Shown: positions 36,071 through 45,936, counted from the stretch's first letter. The stretch is 55,094 nt of DNA from a virus (IMGVR_UViG_3300044955_000042:1-55094), one strand, 5' to 3'. Numbers and translations are program-made. The notes: generated by a model not told the origin, from the letters alone.

Positions 36071-39000
36071 TTACTTCTTCCTGTTTTGATTTACCAAGAG
36101 CCCTGCAGATTGGGTATCCAACAACCTGCAAAAATTTACCGAGCTTGTGTGGCTTGTAATCTTCTGGAGCCATTTGGTGGGCCATTTGTTGAGCCCAAGC
36201 TCTTGCGATAGGTGTGATAAACTCAAGAGCAATTTTTGAACCAAGGCTGTCACCCTGTATATACTGAGCAAAGGGTGTGGCCCATCGTTGATAGCCAAGA
36301 CGTAGTGCAGGGTCTTCTACACTAATACGCAGACCATATGCAGCATCAAGGGCATATATATCATCATCTAGTCTGCCCATTGCGTGTAGGGCGGTACAAA
36401 TAACAGTACCACCGTCACCACCTCCACCGTCACCACCGCCATAACCTGCTGTACCGTCTGGATTTGGTCCCTGGAAGCTTGGTGCAGGGGCACTCTCGTT
36501 ACCACCCTTAAAACTTGGTTGAGCTGGTGGGCCGGTAACTGCCGCAGATTCAGGACTGAACGAAGTCTCAAGACCTCTTGCATCATTAACCCCACCAGTA
36601 CCCAGACCCCCTTCAGAGGAGTAGCTCCCTGAATCTGCGTCATAGCTCATACCTGTAGGTGCAACTGCTTCCATAGCTTCATTAAAAGCGTCTACAGACT
36701 GAAAAGAGCTATTTGGGTCTGTTTCTGGGTTTGTAGCGTTAATCATCCCTGAGTCTACGGTTTCAAAACTAAAAAGTGCGTCCATAGCGGATTTTGTTTG
36801 GTTTTCTATTGAATTAATTGTCACAGACTTTGTAGACCCTTTAAGCCCATCTAACGCCTCATTGAGGGCTTCCTGAGCTTCCGTAACATCGTAACCAAGA
36901 GTTTCTGCAACAGCAATAGAAGCAGCTGCATCAGAGAGGGCATCCGCTGTACCAAGACCTTTACCTATATTAGTACCAATTCTTGCACCAAGCGGGCCAA
37001 GTCCAACCATACCAGCAAGTCCACCCAGCGTACCACCAATTTTACCAGCATTTGAAATTGTATCTGAAACACCACTTAGTGGGTCATTCACATCAATACC
37101 ACGTAGTCCCTGTCCAGATGTCGAGGAATTTGGATTGTTGTTATCAGGGTTGCCTGGACCTTCACCACCACCAGAGAAGCTACCGGTATTAACTCCAGTA
37201 CCTTGTGACTGTGTTGTCTCAGCGTTTTGTGCTTGTTCAAGTGCAGCTTTAGTTGCAGGAACAAAGTTCTTTGGGATAAAGCTGATAGGTTTACCGTTTA
37301 GAAACTGAAAAGTTCTTGTCTGACCTGTTGAAGTGTCAACATACTGACGGGCTTCAAAACCTCCGCTAGAGCCATAAGCACCCGCTGTGTTATATGCACC
37401 ACCAACTGAGTAAGGTGAAGTTGGAACATAACTTGTAGTCTGAAGCCCACCGTCAGAAAAACCTTTAACTACACCACCACTGGCCATGCCTTGTGGTTGA
37501 TCAGCAGCCATTGCTTCTGCAAGCATAGCTTCTTCTTCTGGTGTAAGGGCTTCGTCCTCTTCCAAAGGAATGCCATTGGTATCTACTGGTGTACCACCAA
37601 TACGTCCATCTGCTTCCATTTCCATCATATCAGACTTTGCTTCACCACGCAAGTCCTCAAAAAACTTCACACCAAAATATCTTACAACATCTGCTGGAAC
37701 CACATACTCACCCTCAGAAAGCTGTGCAGGTACATCGTCACGAACCTCAGAGGCCATTGAACCTGGTGGAATTTCATTACCTGTCACAGGCTCACGTTCC
37801 ATGCCGTCATCAGCAAGGCCACCTGCCTCAAAGAGGTTCATCTGTTTTTCCATAGTTTTTACTTCTCCACCCTCTGCATACTTTTGTTTTTTGGTTGTGT
37901 TCTTAGTGAGCCTAATATTAGCTGCTTTTTCTGGCATACTGACTAAAGAAGTACCATCTTCTTCTATTAATTTTTGAGGTATGACATCTACATAATCAAA
38001 ACTGTCTGGGTCGTTTTGTTGACCCCAACGTATTCCAGGGCCGTCCCCACCTTCACTAATAAGGCGAACAGGTATTGTGGTTTCACCCTGTTCTCTGAGA
38101 GCAATTGCACGGTGACGCCCATCGTGGCCTGTAACTTTGCCAGTTCCGTCTGCGTTATTCTTAAATGAGAGCGATGGCACCGAATCAAATGGCTTACCTT
38201 CGGAGACAAGCTTCCTGGTATTTTCTAGTTTTTCAGCACTAAGATCCTTTTTAGCAGCTTGAAGAAAATCCTCAATTGGCATATCCACAAGAATTTCTCT
38301 AGACTTATCATTTTGATTGGCTGCGACACGCAAGGCCTCTTCGTTAAAACGTGGAGGGTTTTTAATAGGCTTATCAGAGGGTTTTAATCTAACATTCCCA
38401 CCCAAAGAACCCACAGCATCGGGGTCGATCTCTACGCGCTTAGCTACATCAAAGACTTCTTTAGCACCCTTTTTAATAGCCTTAGCTGCAACGTCCCCAA
38501 GGCCAGGTATTAGTCCAATAAGAGTAGCACCTCCCAGAGCTCCAACTAAATAGTAGTTAGGCTCTTCCTTTTTAAGCTCCTCATATATGTCTTTAGCTGC
38601 CATAGCATCCCCAATAATAGGGGTCATTTCGGCAACAAAAGTCGCCAAATCTTTAAGCGTAACTTCCGTTAGTGGTTCATACTCAGATACAAGTTTGTCG
38701 GTATAATTTGACCACTCTTCTGGGGTTGCACCTAGTAAGGTGTCTGTCTGTTTATCTGCAGCAGTCTTACGTTCCATACCATCATCTGCAAGTCCACCCT
38801 CTGCAAACCCAATTTTATTTTTAAGTGTCTCAAACCAACTTGGCTTTCTTTGATATGAGCGTGGCGGTTCACCTTGCTCTTTTAAGAGGTCTTCTGCTGC
38901 AAGGGCTAAACCAACCGAACCTCTAAGACCGACACCAAGAAGTGTTTCAAGGCTGTGAACACCAATATTACTTAAGTCAGACGCTCTTGAACTTTTTAAA

Positions 39001-39644
39001 GCCTCTTGGAGTCTATCTCTGCCCTTTTCTACAGAGGGAGAAAAATCAGAGTCCGCATAACCAGACATATTTTCCCTAATACCATGAAGCTCTTTTGAAA
39101 GGTCATCAAACAACTCAGTAAAGGCTTCTTCTTTCTCGCCCCCCTTAGCCATTTTTTTAAGTAGATTGGTGGCGTCTACCCCATACTTTTTCTTAAAACC
39201 TTCAGGGTCTTTTTTGTAGTACTGCTCAAGTTTACCCACACCTTTGTGTGTGTATTCATGAGACCAAATTGGGGATTCAGCAAGGTTGGGTGTAAGAAAA
39301 ACATCCCCCGGAGATACTTTACCAACAAAATTAGAAAAATCTTTATTGCTTTTTAAGAGGTTATCTACGGACTCTTGTGTATTTGACTCGGGGATGTGTC
39401 CAGCAAATCCACCCTTACCACTAATAAGCTGATCTACTTTACCAGATTTTGGGTCATAGCCAAGTCTAGCAATTGGGTTCCAGGAAAGTTGGTCCTCGAG
39501 ACCTACTCTGAACTCTGTGTCACCAAAATCTTCAGAGGAGAGTCTTGCAGATTCTTCTTTAAACTCTCTTTCCTCTCTCTGTTTTAAAGCCTCTTCTCGA
39601 CTTTTTGGTCTTAGGGACTTTGAAACAATTGTTTTTCTAGCCAT
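36060..39644 (-). CDS. Multidomain head-module protein (zincin HExxH, PT-TG-like, ParB-like, LSEGEYVVPADVV core, VICT C-terminal domain)
   Basis: WSHEYTH; TPIIGD...GLIPGLGD; HDGRHRAIAL..QG...IPV; RDDVPAQLSEGEYVVPADVVRYFG; GGTVICTAL. Confidence 0.75.
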   Translation of the reverse strand: MARKTIVSKSLRPKSREEALKQREEREFKEESARLSSEDFGDTEFRVGLEDQLSWNPIARLGYDPKSGKVDQLISGKGGFAGHIPESNTQESVDNLLKSNKDFSNFVGKVSPGDVFLTPNLAESPIWSHEYTHKGVGKLEQYYKKDPEGFKKKYGVDATNLLKKMAKGGEKEEAFTELFDDLSKELHGIRENMSGYADSDFSPSVEKGRDRLQEALKSSRASDLSNIGVHSLETLLGVGLRGSVGLALAAEDLLKEQGEPPRSYQRKPSWFETLKNKIGFAEGGLADDGMERKTAADKQTDTLLGATPEEWSNYTDKLVSEYEPLTEVTLKDLATFVAEMTPIIGDAMAAKDIYEELKKEEPNYYLVGALGGATLIGLIPGLGDVAAKAIKKGAKEVFDVAKRVEIDPDAVGSLGGNVRLKPSDKPIKNPPRFNEEALRVAANQNDKSREILVDMPIEDFLQAAKKDLSAEKLENTRKLVSEGKPFDSVPSLSFKNNADGTGKVTGHDGRHRAIALREQGETTIPVRLISEGGDGPGIRWGQQNDPDSFDYVDVIPQKLIEEDGTSLVSMPEKAANIRLTKNTTKKQKYAEGGEVKTMEKQMNLFEAGGLADDGMEREPVTGNEIPPGSMASEVRDDVPAQLSEGEYVVPADVVRYFGVKFFEDLRGEAKSDMMEMEADGRIGGTPVDTNGIPLEEDEALTPEEEAMLAEAMAADQPQGMASGGVVKGFSDGGLQTTSYVPTSPYSVGGAYNTAGAYGSSGGFEARQYVDTSTGQTRTFQFLNGKPISFIPKNFVPATKAALEQAQNAETTQSQGTGVNTGSFSGGGEGPGNPDNNNPNSSTSGQGLRGIDVNDPLSGVSDTISNAGKIGGTLGGLAGMVGLGPLGARIGTNIGKGLGTADALSDAAASIAVAETLGYDVTEAQEALNEALDGLKGSTKSVTINSIENQTKSAMDALFSFETVDSGMINATNPETDPNSSFQSVDAFNEAMEAVAPTGMSYDADSGSYSSEGGLGTGGVNDARGLETSFSPESAAVTGPPAQPSFKGGNESAPAPSFQGPNPDGTAGYGGGDGGGGDGGTVICTALHAMGRLDDDIYALDAAYGLRISVEDPALRLGYQRWATPFAQYIQGDSLGSKIALEFITPIARAWAQQMAHQMAPEDYKPHKLGKFLQVVGYPICRALGKSKQEEVNGS

Positions 39645-39825
39645 TAACTTTCTCCCTAAGCATTTTTAGTCTTTTTAGGGCAGCAATCTCACCCTGTAGT
39701 CTGTAGACATCTGGCAGGTCAGTTACCTGTTCCAGTGCACGGTGCCGTTCTGACACCCTCTGGTCAAGTTCCTCCAGAAAATCTTTCCAGAGGACTTTAT
39801 CATTTACGAGTGGCTTCAGGTTCAT
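39637..39825 (-). CDS. Small conserved protein downstream of portal
   Basis: YRLQGEIAALKRL pattern, typical of portal-adjacent small genes. Confidence 0.7.
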   Translation of the reverse strand: MNLKPLVNDKVLWKDFLEELDQRVSERHRALEQVTDLPDVYRLQGEIAALKRLKMLREKVNG

Positions 39826-41930
39826 GCAGCTGCTCCACCGGTGTTACCTGAGAAGCCCTGTTCTCCCGGCTGAGGGGCTGTACCAGTACCTATGGTACCT
39901 CCACCTGCCCCAGTGGTGTCTTGGGCCTGTGCGCCTGCTGGAGGGCCTGCCTGAGCCCCCTGTGGGCCTGGGGTACCTGCTACCTGTCCTTGGACCATCT
40001 CTGGGGCTGGATTTTGCTCTTGGAACTTCTTGAGAATCTCTGCTTGAATAGCAGCATCAGACATAGAGTTGACAACCTTATCTGGATCAAGATCCATAGA
40101 CTTTGCAATCTCACGGATAATGTAGTCAGTGCGAGCAAATGGTGCAAGTGCAGGGTTCTGTACAACACCAAGGAATTGCATGAGGCGTTGACTACGTACC
40201 TCATTAGCCATCAGTGATTCTGTACCCTGAGCTTTAACTTCCAGATCACCAACAATCTGATCATCGAAATCAAACTGCATGTTGAAGTGGAAAAATGCTT
40301 TGCCAAGAGGGGAAAGAAGGTAGTCATCAATATTCTTGACGACAGAACGGATAGAGCCGTTAGCAGCGCTCATAAGCATTGAGATACCTGAAGCTGTACG
40401 CCCTACACCAGACACACCGGTTTGACCGTGTGCAAATGATGGGAAGCCTGTAGACTCGTCTGCAAGGACACGTGCCTTATCAAACAGCTGCATATTCTCG
40501 TTTGCTACGTTGGGGAACTTTGTACCAAAGATAGCTTGACCGGGAGCACCACCTTGGCGTCTAAAGACTTTACCGGGATAGACTGAGAGGTCTTGGCCTG
40601 GAACCAAGTTGGTCTCATCTACCTCAATGATCAGGTTGCCTGAGAGTGCAGCGTTATCCACTGCCATCCGCATAAACCCGTTCATCAGAGTTTGAGTGTC
40701 TTCCATGTTTTCTGCAAGACCAATGCCAAAGAAGCTGTATGGATTAACTTCGTAAGGTACGGCATAGTAGGGCAGGTATGATGGTGTGAACGGGTTAAGA
40801 ACAAGTCGCATTACTTGACCATTGCAGGTCCAGATATTAACGCTTACTTGCTCCAGATCACGCATGTCTTTTGGGATCTTAATGTCGTGATCTTCTAAGA
40901 GTTCAACATCAACGTAACCCCAGAACTCAAGAACTTCAAAGCGCTCTGCTTGCTCTCCGTTCTCGCCATCTTCCATTACCTGTTCCCACCACTCTTTGTC
41001 GTAGTTTTCACCATAACCAATAGCAGTATCAATAGCATTGCTGCGGAAGTGTGGTCTACGTTTAAGCCCACGCATTTGACTACGTGAAAGTTTGTGGCGC
41101 TCAATAACAAACTCGGAGTCATCCATATTTGCTGCGTCTGGATCTGGATAGAAGTTCCAAATAGAAACAGAAGAGGTCTTGGGTACAGTCTTTACTGTTG
41201 GTTCATAGTTACCCTCTTCATCCCAGCTTGGATATTCTTTATCGAGAGCAAATGGACCCTTCATAACACCAGTACCAAAAAGAGCACACTCAAAGGCTGC
41301 AGTACGTAGTTGCTTACGTGCATTAGACTCTTCAAGCTGATCGTGGATCTTTTTCTCCATCTTCTTTGCTGCAACTTGTGCAGGATGGAAGGTAACTTGT
41401 GTAGGTGATTGCGCTGGGCCCTCAACCAAACGGTCAGCTACTGGCTCAAGTTTTGCACCCATGCCACCAAGACGTTTACGGAGGTCAACCATTGTTTCAC
41501 CTGGACGCAACTCAGTCTCACCACTACCTGCAGCTTTGACAAGCTCTGGGTTTGTTTCAAGAGATACTGAGTCTGCAATACCCTCTGGCAGGGTGGTAGG
41601 GTCAATTGTGATCGGGAAGCGGTTTGCACCAAATAGGACATCAATGATTTGCCCATATGCAGCAAGAACTTTTGTTTTAGTTACTTTGACAAAGACCTGA
41701 GACTTCTCTGTGCTTGTGAACTGTACATCCGGACCGTAGATACCACGGTAGTTTCTGTAAGCTTTAATCCAACGCTCTTCATCTACAAGGCGAGAGTCTT
41801 TAGCTTTTTTAAACTTGTGCTGAACAAAACTCTCTACAGAACCTGAGTCCTTGTCGAAGCTTGCCGTTTCAGAGACATCTTCAAGAGCTTGTGAAAGCTC
41901 AGAGTCCATCATGTCCTCAAATTCGTCCAT
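39822..41930 (-). CDS. Portal protein
   Basis: 702 aa after TerL. A.KMEK.I.DQL.E, LFGTG..KGP, FYPDP, FFG.G, RTASG.SML. Confidence 0.9.
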   Translation of the reverse strand: MDEFEDMMDSELSQALEDVSETASFDKDSGSVESFVQHKFKKAKDSRLVDEERWIKAYRNYRGIYGPDVQFTSTEKSQVFVKVTKTKVLAAYGQIIDVLFGANRFPITIDPTTLPEGIADSVSLETNPELVKAAGSGETELRPGETMVDLRKRLGGMGAKLEPVADRLVEGPAQSPTQVTFHPAQVAAKKMEKKIHDQLEESNARKQLRTAAFECALFGTGVMKGPFALDKEYPSWDEEGNYEPTVKTVPKTSSVSIWNFYPDPDAANMDDSEFVIERHKLSRSQMRGLKRRPHFRSNAIDTAIGYGENYDKEWWEQVMEDGENGEQAERFEVLEFWGYVDVELLEDHDIKIPKDMRDLEQVSVNIWTCNGQVMRLVLNPFTPSYLPYYAVPYEVNPYSFFGIGLAENMEDTQTLMNGFMRMAVDNAALSGNLIIEVDETNLVPGQDLSVYPGKVFRRQGGAPGQAIFGTKFPNVANENMQLFDKARVLADESTGFPSFAHGQTGVSGVGRTASGISMLMSAANGSIRSVVKNIDDYLLSPLGKAFFHFNMQFDFDDQIVGDLEVKAQGTESLMANEVRSQRLMQFLGVVQNPALAPFARTDYIIREIAKSMDLDPDKVVNSMSDAAIQAEILKKFQEQNPAPEMVQGQVAGTPGPQGAQAGPPAGAQAQDTTGAGGGTIGTGTAPQPGEQGFSGNTGGAAA

Positions 41931-41942
41931 CAGTTTTTCCTT

Positions 41943-43400
41943 TTAGTATCCAAAAGTTGGGTCAGAAATTTGAAACCCAGATCTTCCGCCGGAAGAATCA
42001 AAATCAAATAAGTTGCTTCGGGGCCTTGTCATAACGCCATATCTTAGAGCGTCATAGAGGTGGTCTTCAGCTTTTGTGTCTACGTCTTCCGGGTTGTTTT
42101 TATCAAGTGGTAGTGAGGGAAGCTGTGCAATAATATTTCTGCAAGTGTCAAAGAAGACCAAACGTGGCTCTTCAGTAAATTCGTCGATCTGTAAACGTCT
42201 ATGCAGTTCGTTTTTACCAGCTACGCGAGATCCCCTACTTCTATCTGCAGGTCTCCACCTACAACCACGTACAATCATTTGCTCTGCAAGGCTTGGCCCT
42301 GTGTCACCTCTGTTGTGCCAGAGTGAGGAGTCAAGCACCCCATAACGCATCTTATCCCCTGCTTCGTGCTCAATCTCGTTGATTGTATCAGCAAGGTCAA
42401 CAGCTGTCATCTTGGAGACGTAAAGCTCCCTATAGACAATCAGTTGCTCAGAGGGGCTAACAGCAAACCATACAACACCTGTATAAGAACCATACCCATA
42501 GTCAGCAGCCCTAAATCGTGGCCAGTTGTTTGGTATGTCAAAGGGTTCAATAACGTGATCCCTATAAGTAAACTCTGGGAATGCTGCACCTTCATTCGTT
42601 GTCCAGTCACCCTCAAGAAGTTGTCTTCTTTGGTGCTCTGGTAGTGAGAGAAGGTTAGCCTCATACATACCATCTTCAGAAAGGTATGGGTTGTCAAAGA
42701 GTGTGGCTGGGATGAACCGCCTTTTAAAGAGTGGTTCACCTTCTTTAGCGTGTCCTTTTGGCCAAGTAATAGTTTCACCTGAATCGTAATCAGTGGCCCA
42801 AAAAGGTGTGTTGTGTGGTGCAGGGTCAATAAAGGTCTTTTTCACCCACATGTGACCAGCACCGCCAGGGTTTGTAGTAGCTCGTTGGTAGAGCTTAAGC
42901 CCACTGTCTCTTGAAGTACGGAGACGTGATCTCATATAGTTCCAGGCAAAAGGTGTTTGCCACTGTGTAAGTTCATCAAAGCCAATCCAGTTAAAGGCCT
43001 GACCCTGGTACCGTGTAACGTCATCGTCTCTGTCTAGGTAAGACATCCACAGTGTAGCACCCGAAGGGAACACCCAGGTCTTATCCCTTTCAAGAAACCT
43101 TGCCTCTGGAATAGCTTTTGGGTAAAGCTTTTTAGAGACTGAGATAAGTTCTCGAAGTTCCTCTGTACTACGACGAACAAGAAGCATGTTTGCATCTGGG
43201 TTGTTCACATAGCGGATAGGGTCAGCAACCATAGCGAAAGATTTACCACCACCAGCAGCACCACCGTAGAGAACTTCTTGCTCAGAAGACGAAAGAAAGT
43301 CTGTCTGTGGTCCTGGGTTAGGCTGAAAGATAATATTCTGAGCTTTTGCCGTATCAACCTTTGATGGTTTTATCGAGGCCGGAGTAGAGCTCATCATCAA
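41943..43400 (-). CDS. terL: Terminase large subunit
   Basis: PNPGPQ, YGGAAGGGKS, FDELTQ, TTNPGG, DYGY, EDH.YDALRY. Confidence 0.95.
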   Translation of the reverse strand: MMMSSTPASIKPSKVDTAKAQNIIFQPNPGPQTDFLSSSEQEVLYGGAAGGGKSFAMVADPIRYVNNPDANMLLVRRSTEELRELISVSKKLYPKAIPEARFLERDKTWVFPSGATLWMSYLDRDDDVTRYQGQAFNWIGFDELTQWQTPFAWNYMRSRLRTSRDSGLKLYQRATTNPGGAGHMWVKKTFIDPAPHNTPFWATDYDSGETITWPKGHAKEGEPLFKRRFIPATLFDNPYLSEDGMYEANLLSLPEHQRRQLLEGDWTTNEGAAFPEFTYRDHVIEPFDIPNNWPRFRAADYGYGSYTGVVWFAVSPSEQLIVYRELYVSKMTAVDLADTINEIEHEAGDKMRYGVLDSSLWHNRGDTGPSLAEQMIVRGCRWRPADRSRGSRVAGKNELHRRLQIDEFTEEPRLVFFDTCRNIIAQLPSLPLDKNNPEDVDTKAEDHLYDALRYGVMTRPRSNLFDFDSSGGRSGFQISDPTFGY

Positions 43401-43812
43401 TCTCTTCTTCTAGTGGATCTCTTAAACCAAGTCGAGACGCTTCAAGTTTTTTAGCTTTGTGGTACGCATCTCGAAACTTCTTGGCGAGTCTCTTTGCATC
43501 GACGTACTCTTTAACTTTGTATTGTTCTGCGTTTACACGCTTTTGCAAACCAACATGTGATATACTACGCCCTGATTTTGTACTTAGCCAAGCTGCTACG
43601 TCCCGTAGGCTGTAGCTCTTTAAGTGTTGCTTAGCTACTTCAAGAAGAATTAACTCGTGTTCAACCGGTAGTAGAACCTCATCATCATTTGGATCTCTTT
43701 TATAGCCAAATGGGACAACCCGTCCTATTCTAACAATTGGATAAAACTTATAACCTGTATCGTCTTTATCAGGGGCCGGAATCCGGAATAGTTCTGGTTT
43801 TTTATTACTCAT
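43354..43812 (-). CDS. DNA-binding protein of the packaging module
   Basis: VPFGY, SLRDVAAWL...GR.ISHVGL.KR helix-turn-helix-like segment. Confidence 0.65.
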   Translation of the reverse strand: MSNKKPELFRIPAPDKDDTGYKFYPIVRIGRVVPFGYKRDPNDDEVLLPVEHELILLEVAKQHLKSYSLRDVAAWLSTKSGRSISHVGLQKRVNAEQYKVKEYVDAKRLAKKFRDAYHKAKKLEASRLGLRDPLEEEIDDELYSGLDKTIKG

Positions 43813-44167
43813 CGCTCTTTGCTGGTAAAATAAACAGCGGGTTGGGGGCAGAAACTTCTACTTTCTCTTTTGGTTTAAAACCTGCACGGTCCAAAAGATC
43901 TTTTGCTGCCGTCATACGCTCCTTATTTCCCATCTCCGTGGGGTTAATAAGAACATCATACATTGTGTATGCAGCTTTTGCAGAGCTAATACCGATAAAC
44001 TCTTCAGTTTTCTCAGCAATGTGTTCACGCAGTACATTCACAATATCGGAAGTTGCAGTGTTTTCACTGTAACCAGCAAGCCGTTTAGCCTGCAAATAGT
44101 CTCCACCTGCCTCGGTAAAGAGTACATTCAAGAACTTCTGTTGTTTTTCGTTCAGGTTCTTAGCCAT
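43805..44167 (-). CDS. terS: Terminase small subunit
   Basis: LNEKQQKFL, A..LAGYS, AAKDLLDRAG, ILPAK. Confidence 0.8.
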   Translation of the reverse strand: MAKNLNEKQQKFLNVLFTEAGGDYLQAKRLAGYSENTATSDIVNVLREHIAEKTEEFIGISSAKAAYTMYDVLINPTEMGNKERMTAAKDLLDRAGFKPKEKVEVSAPNPLFILPAKSDE

Positions 44168-44177
44168 TCTGAATCCT

Positions 44178-44324
44178 TTAGTCTTCTCCGTAAACGATGT
44201 TATAAATATCGCCTCGATATAGACCTATATCTTTAAGTTGTTTGTCTGAGAGAGCACGTAGCTGCCAGTAAGCTGCACGTTTTGTTTGAATTTCAGAAAT
44301 TACGTCAAAAATCTTCTTAAGCAT
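44178..44324 (-). CDS. DUF1127 (YjiS-like) small protein, 48 aa (not in ORF track)
   Basis: MLKKIFDVISEIQTKRAAYWQLRALSDKQLKDIGLYRGDIYNIVYGED matches L..LSD..L.DIG..R.DI. Strong GGAGG RBS. Confidence 0.85.
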   Translation of the reverse strand: MLKKIFDVISEIQTKRAAYWQLRALSDKQLKDIGLYRGDIYNIVYGED

Positions 44325-44412
44325 TGTTACCTCCATGAACTTATGCTGGGGGTAGTTATACCTAATATAGTGTGTGGGAGTAGTGCTTATATTGCAACCC
44401 CGTTATGACCAA

Positions 44413-44775
44413 TTAGCCAACTGGCATAAAGGTTTCAACTACAGTGCACATAGCATCAATGTTTGGGGTTGAGTTACCTGAAGGGGTAATGTCAATTTCA
44501 TCACCCGGTTCAAGGACAAGTGTTGCCCCAGTAAGGAGGATAAACTCTCCGGCGGTCATATTCTTACCGCCAATAAGGCTGAAGCTGGTGGAGGCGCTAT
44601 GGTCATACCAAGTGCCACTTACTGTAGTGTTACCGTTAGCATTGACTACAAATAGCATCTCCACCTCAGCCCGGCAATTAGCTGGACAAGTGTACAAAAC
44701 TTCTGTTTGGTCCTCTGTTTCACAGGAAACACCAAAGCTTTGTCTACGTGCTGGTTTGCCGGGATTTGTCAGCAT
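44413..44775 (-). CDS. Beta-rich hypothetical (probably virion) protein
   Basis: LYTCPAN, LVLEPGD.I pattern. Confidence 0.7.
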   Translation of the reverse strand: MLTNPGKPARRQSFGVSCETEDQTEVLYTCPANCRAEVEMLFVVNANGNTTVSGTWYDHSASTSFSLIGGKNMTAGEFILLTGATLVLEPGDEIDITPSGNSTPNIDAMCTVVETFMPVG

Positions 44776-45095
44776 TACTTTTTAGCAACCTTTTTCTTGA
44801 TCTTTGCCACCCAAGCCTCATTGACCTCTGGTGTAGAAGGGTCATCAGATACAAACTCACCAGATTCTGTACGTGCTCGTACAACTTCAACCTCTGGATC
44901 TTTTACTGAAGGCTTCTTAGCAACTTTTTTAGGTTTAATGGGTGTTTTAAGGGCCTCCAGCACTGCTGGATCTTTACTCTCAACAGTACCATAAGGGTTT
45001 ACTGAGGCAATAACGTCACCTTTTGGCCCAGTGACTTTATTACTATACACCTTATAGCCGAGCTTTTCAAGTTCTTTTTTATGACTTTCAAACAT
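44775..45095 (-). CDS. Hypothetical protein
   Basis: RAR...G.F..DDP.TP..NEAW motif. Confidence 0.7.
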   Translation of the reverse strand: MFESHKKELEKLGYKVYSNKVTGPKGDVIASVNPYGTVESKDPAVLEALKTPIKPKKVAKKPSVKDPEVEVVRARTESGEFVSDDPSTPEVNEAWVAKIKKKVAKK

Positions 45096-45769
45096 TATTT
45101 AAAAAGACCTTTCTTACGGTGGTCTGTGTGACCTTTACGAGACTTGCTGACAAGACCGCCTTTAGCCATACCCGGAATAGAGGGGCCCTGTTTGCCAGGA
45201 ACAGAGTTCACACGTTTACGGCGAGCTCTCGCATCGTCTGTAGTGTCTACAGTTCTTTTGCTTGTCTTCTGAGACTCACGAGCTTTCTTCATAAACTCTT
45301 GTTTAGACAGGTTAGCAGGAAGACCATAAGCAAGCCTTTTAAGTGCGTTGTTGCCAGTGATGTCCAAGTACTCTTCCCAAGTAACACCGTTAAGCTTTAG
45401 CTTTGGGCCAGAGGGCGCATTGGTACGTCCTGAACGTGCATCATCTGTAGTGTCTACAGTGGACTTACGTTTTGTGCTTGGAGCATTGGTACGTGCTGAA
45501 CGTGCATCATCTGTGGTATCTACCATAGACTTTTTCTTTGCCGCAGGCTTTTTAGCAGCTGAAGATTTCTTTTTATTTTTCTTATCTTCGTCAGAGACTC
45601 TACGAGCACCCTTGAGTGAAGACTTCATACCTGGGCCTTGTACGCCAGCTTTACCATCGGCACCAATAAGGTCTCCAAGGAAGGTATCACCAAAGTTCTT
45701 CTTACCATCTTTGTTGATGTCTTTAAGCTTCTTTGAGTACAAGCCTTTTTTCTTTTTCTTCTCAGCCAT
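45095..45769 (-). CDS. Lys-rich protein with VDTTDDAR repeats
   Basis: D.NKDGK.NFGDT.LGD, three VDTTDDAR repeats, C-terminal GMAKGGLV. Confidence 0.7.
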   Translation of the reverse strand: MAEKKKKKGLYSKKLKDINKDGKKNFGDTFLGDLIGADGKAGVQGPGMKSSLKGARRVSDEDKKNKKKSSAAKKPAAKKKSMVDTTDDARSARTNAPSTKRKSTVDTTDDARSGRTNAPSGPKLKLNGVTWEEYLDITGNNALKRLAYGLPANLSKQEFMKKARESQKTSKRTVDTTDDARARRKRVNSVPGKQGPSIPGMAKGGLVSKSRKGHTDHRKKGLFK

Positions 45770-45936
45770 TATTTCTTCGCCTTACGGTTTGGTTTCATTG
45801 AGGCACCACAGTTCGCTTTAACCATGCCACCTTTTGCATAACCAGGTTTCTTCTTACCCATACCACCGGCCATATAGCCCATTGGTTTTTTAGTGTCCAT
45901 GGCCATTCCGCCACCCATATAACCTTGCTTTTTCAT
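45769..45936 (-). CDS. Small basic protein of GYxxGGM repeats, 55 aa (not in ORF track)
   Basis: MKKQGYMGGGMAMDTKKPMGYMAGGMGKKKPGYAKGGMVKANCGASMKPNRKAKK. TAATG coupling at both ends, GGAG RBS. Confidence 0.8.
   Translation of the reverse strand: MKKQGYMGGGMAMDTKKPMGYMAGGMGKKKPGYAKGGMVKANCGASMKPNRKAKK

Noticed and set aside
43354-43812. Serine integrase suggested by the PFGY motif
   Set aside because: Only 152 aa, no catalytic resolvase domain, and embedded between terS and terL.
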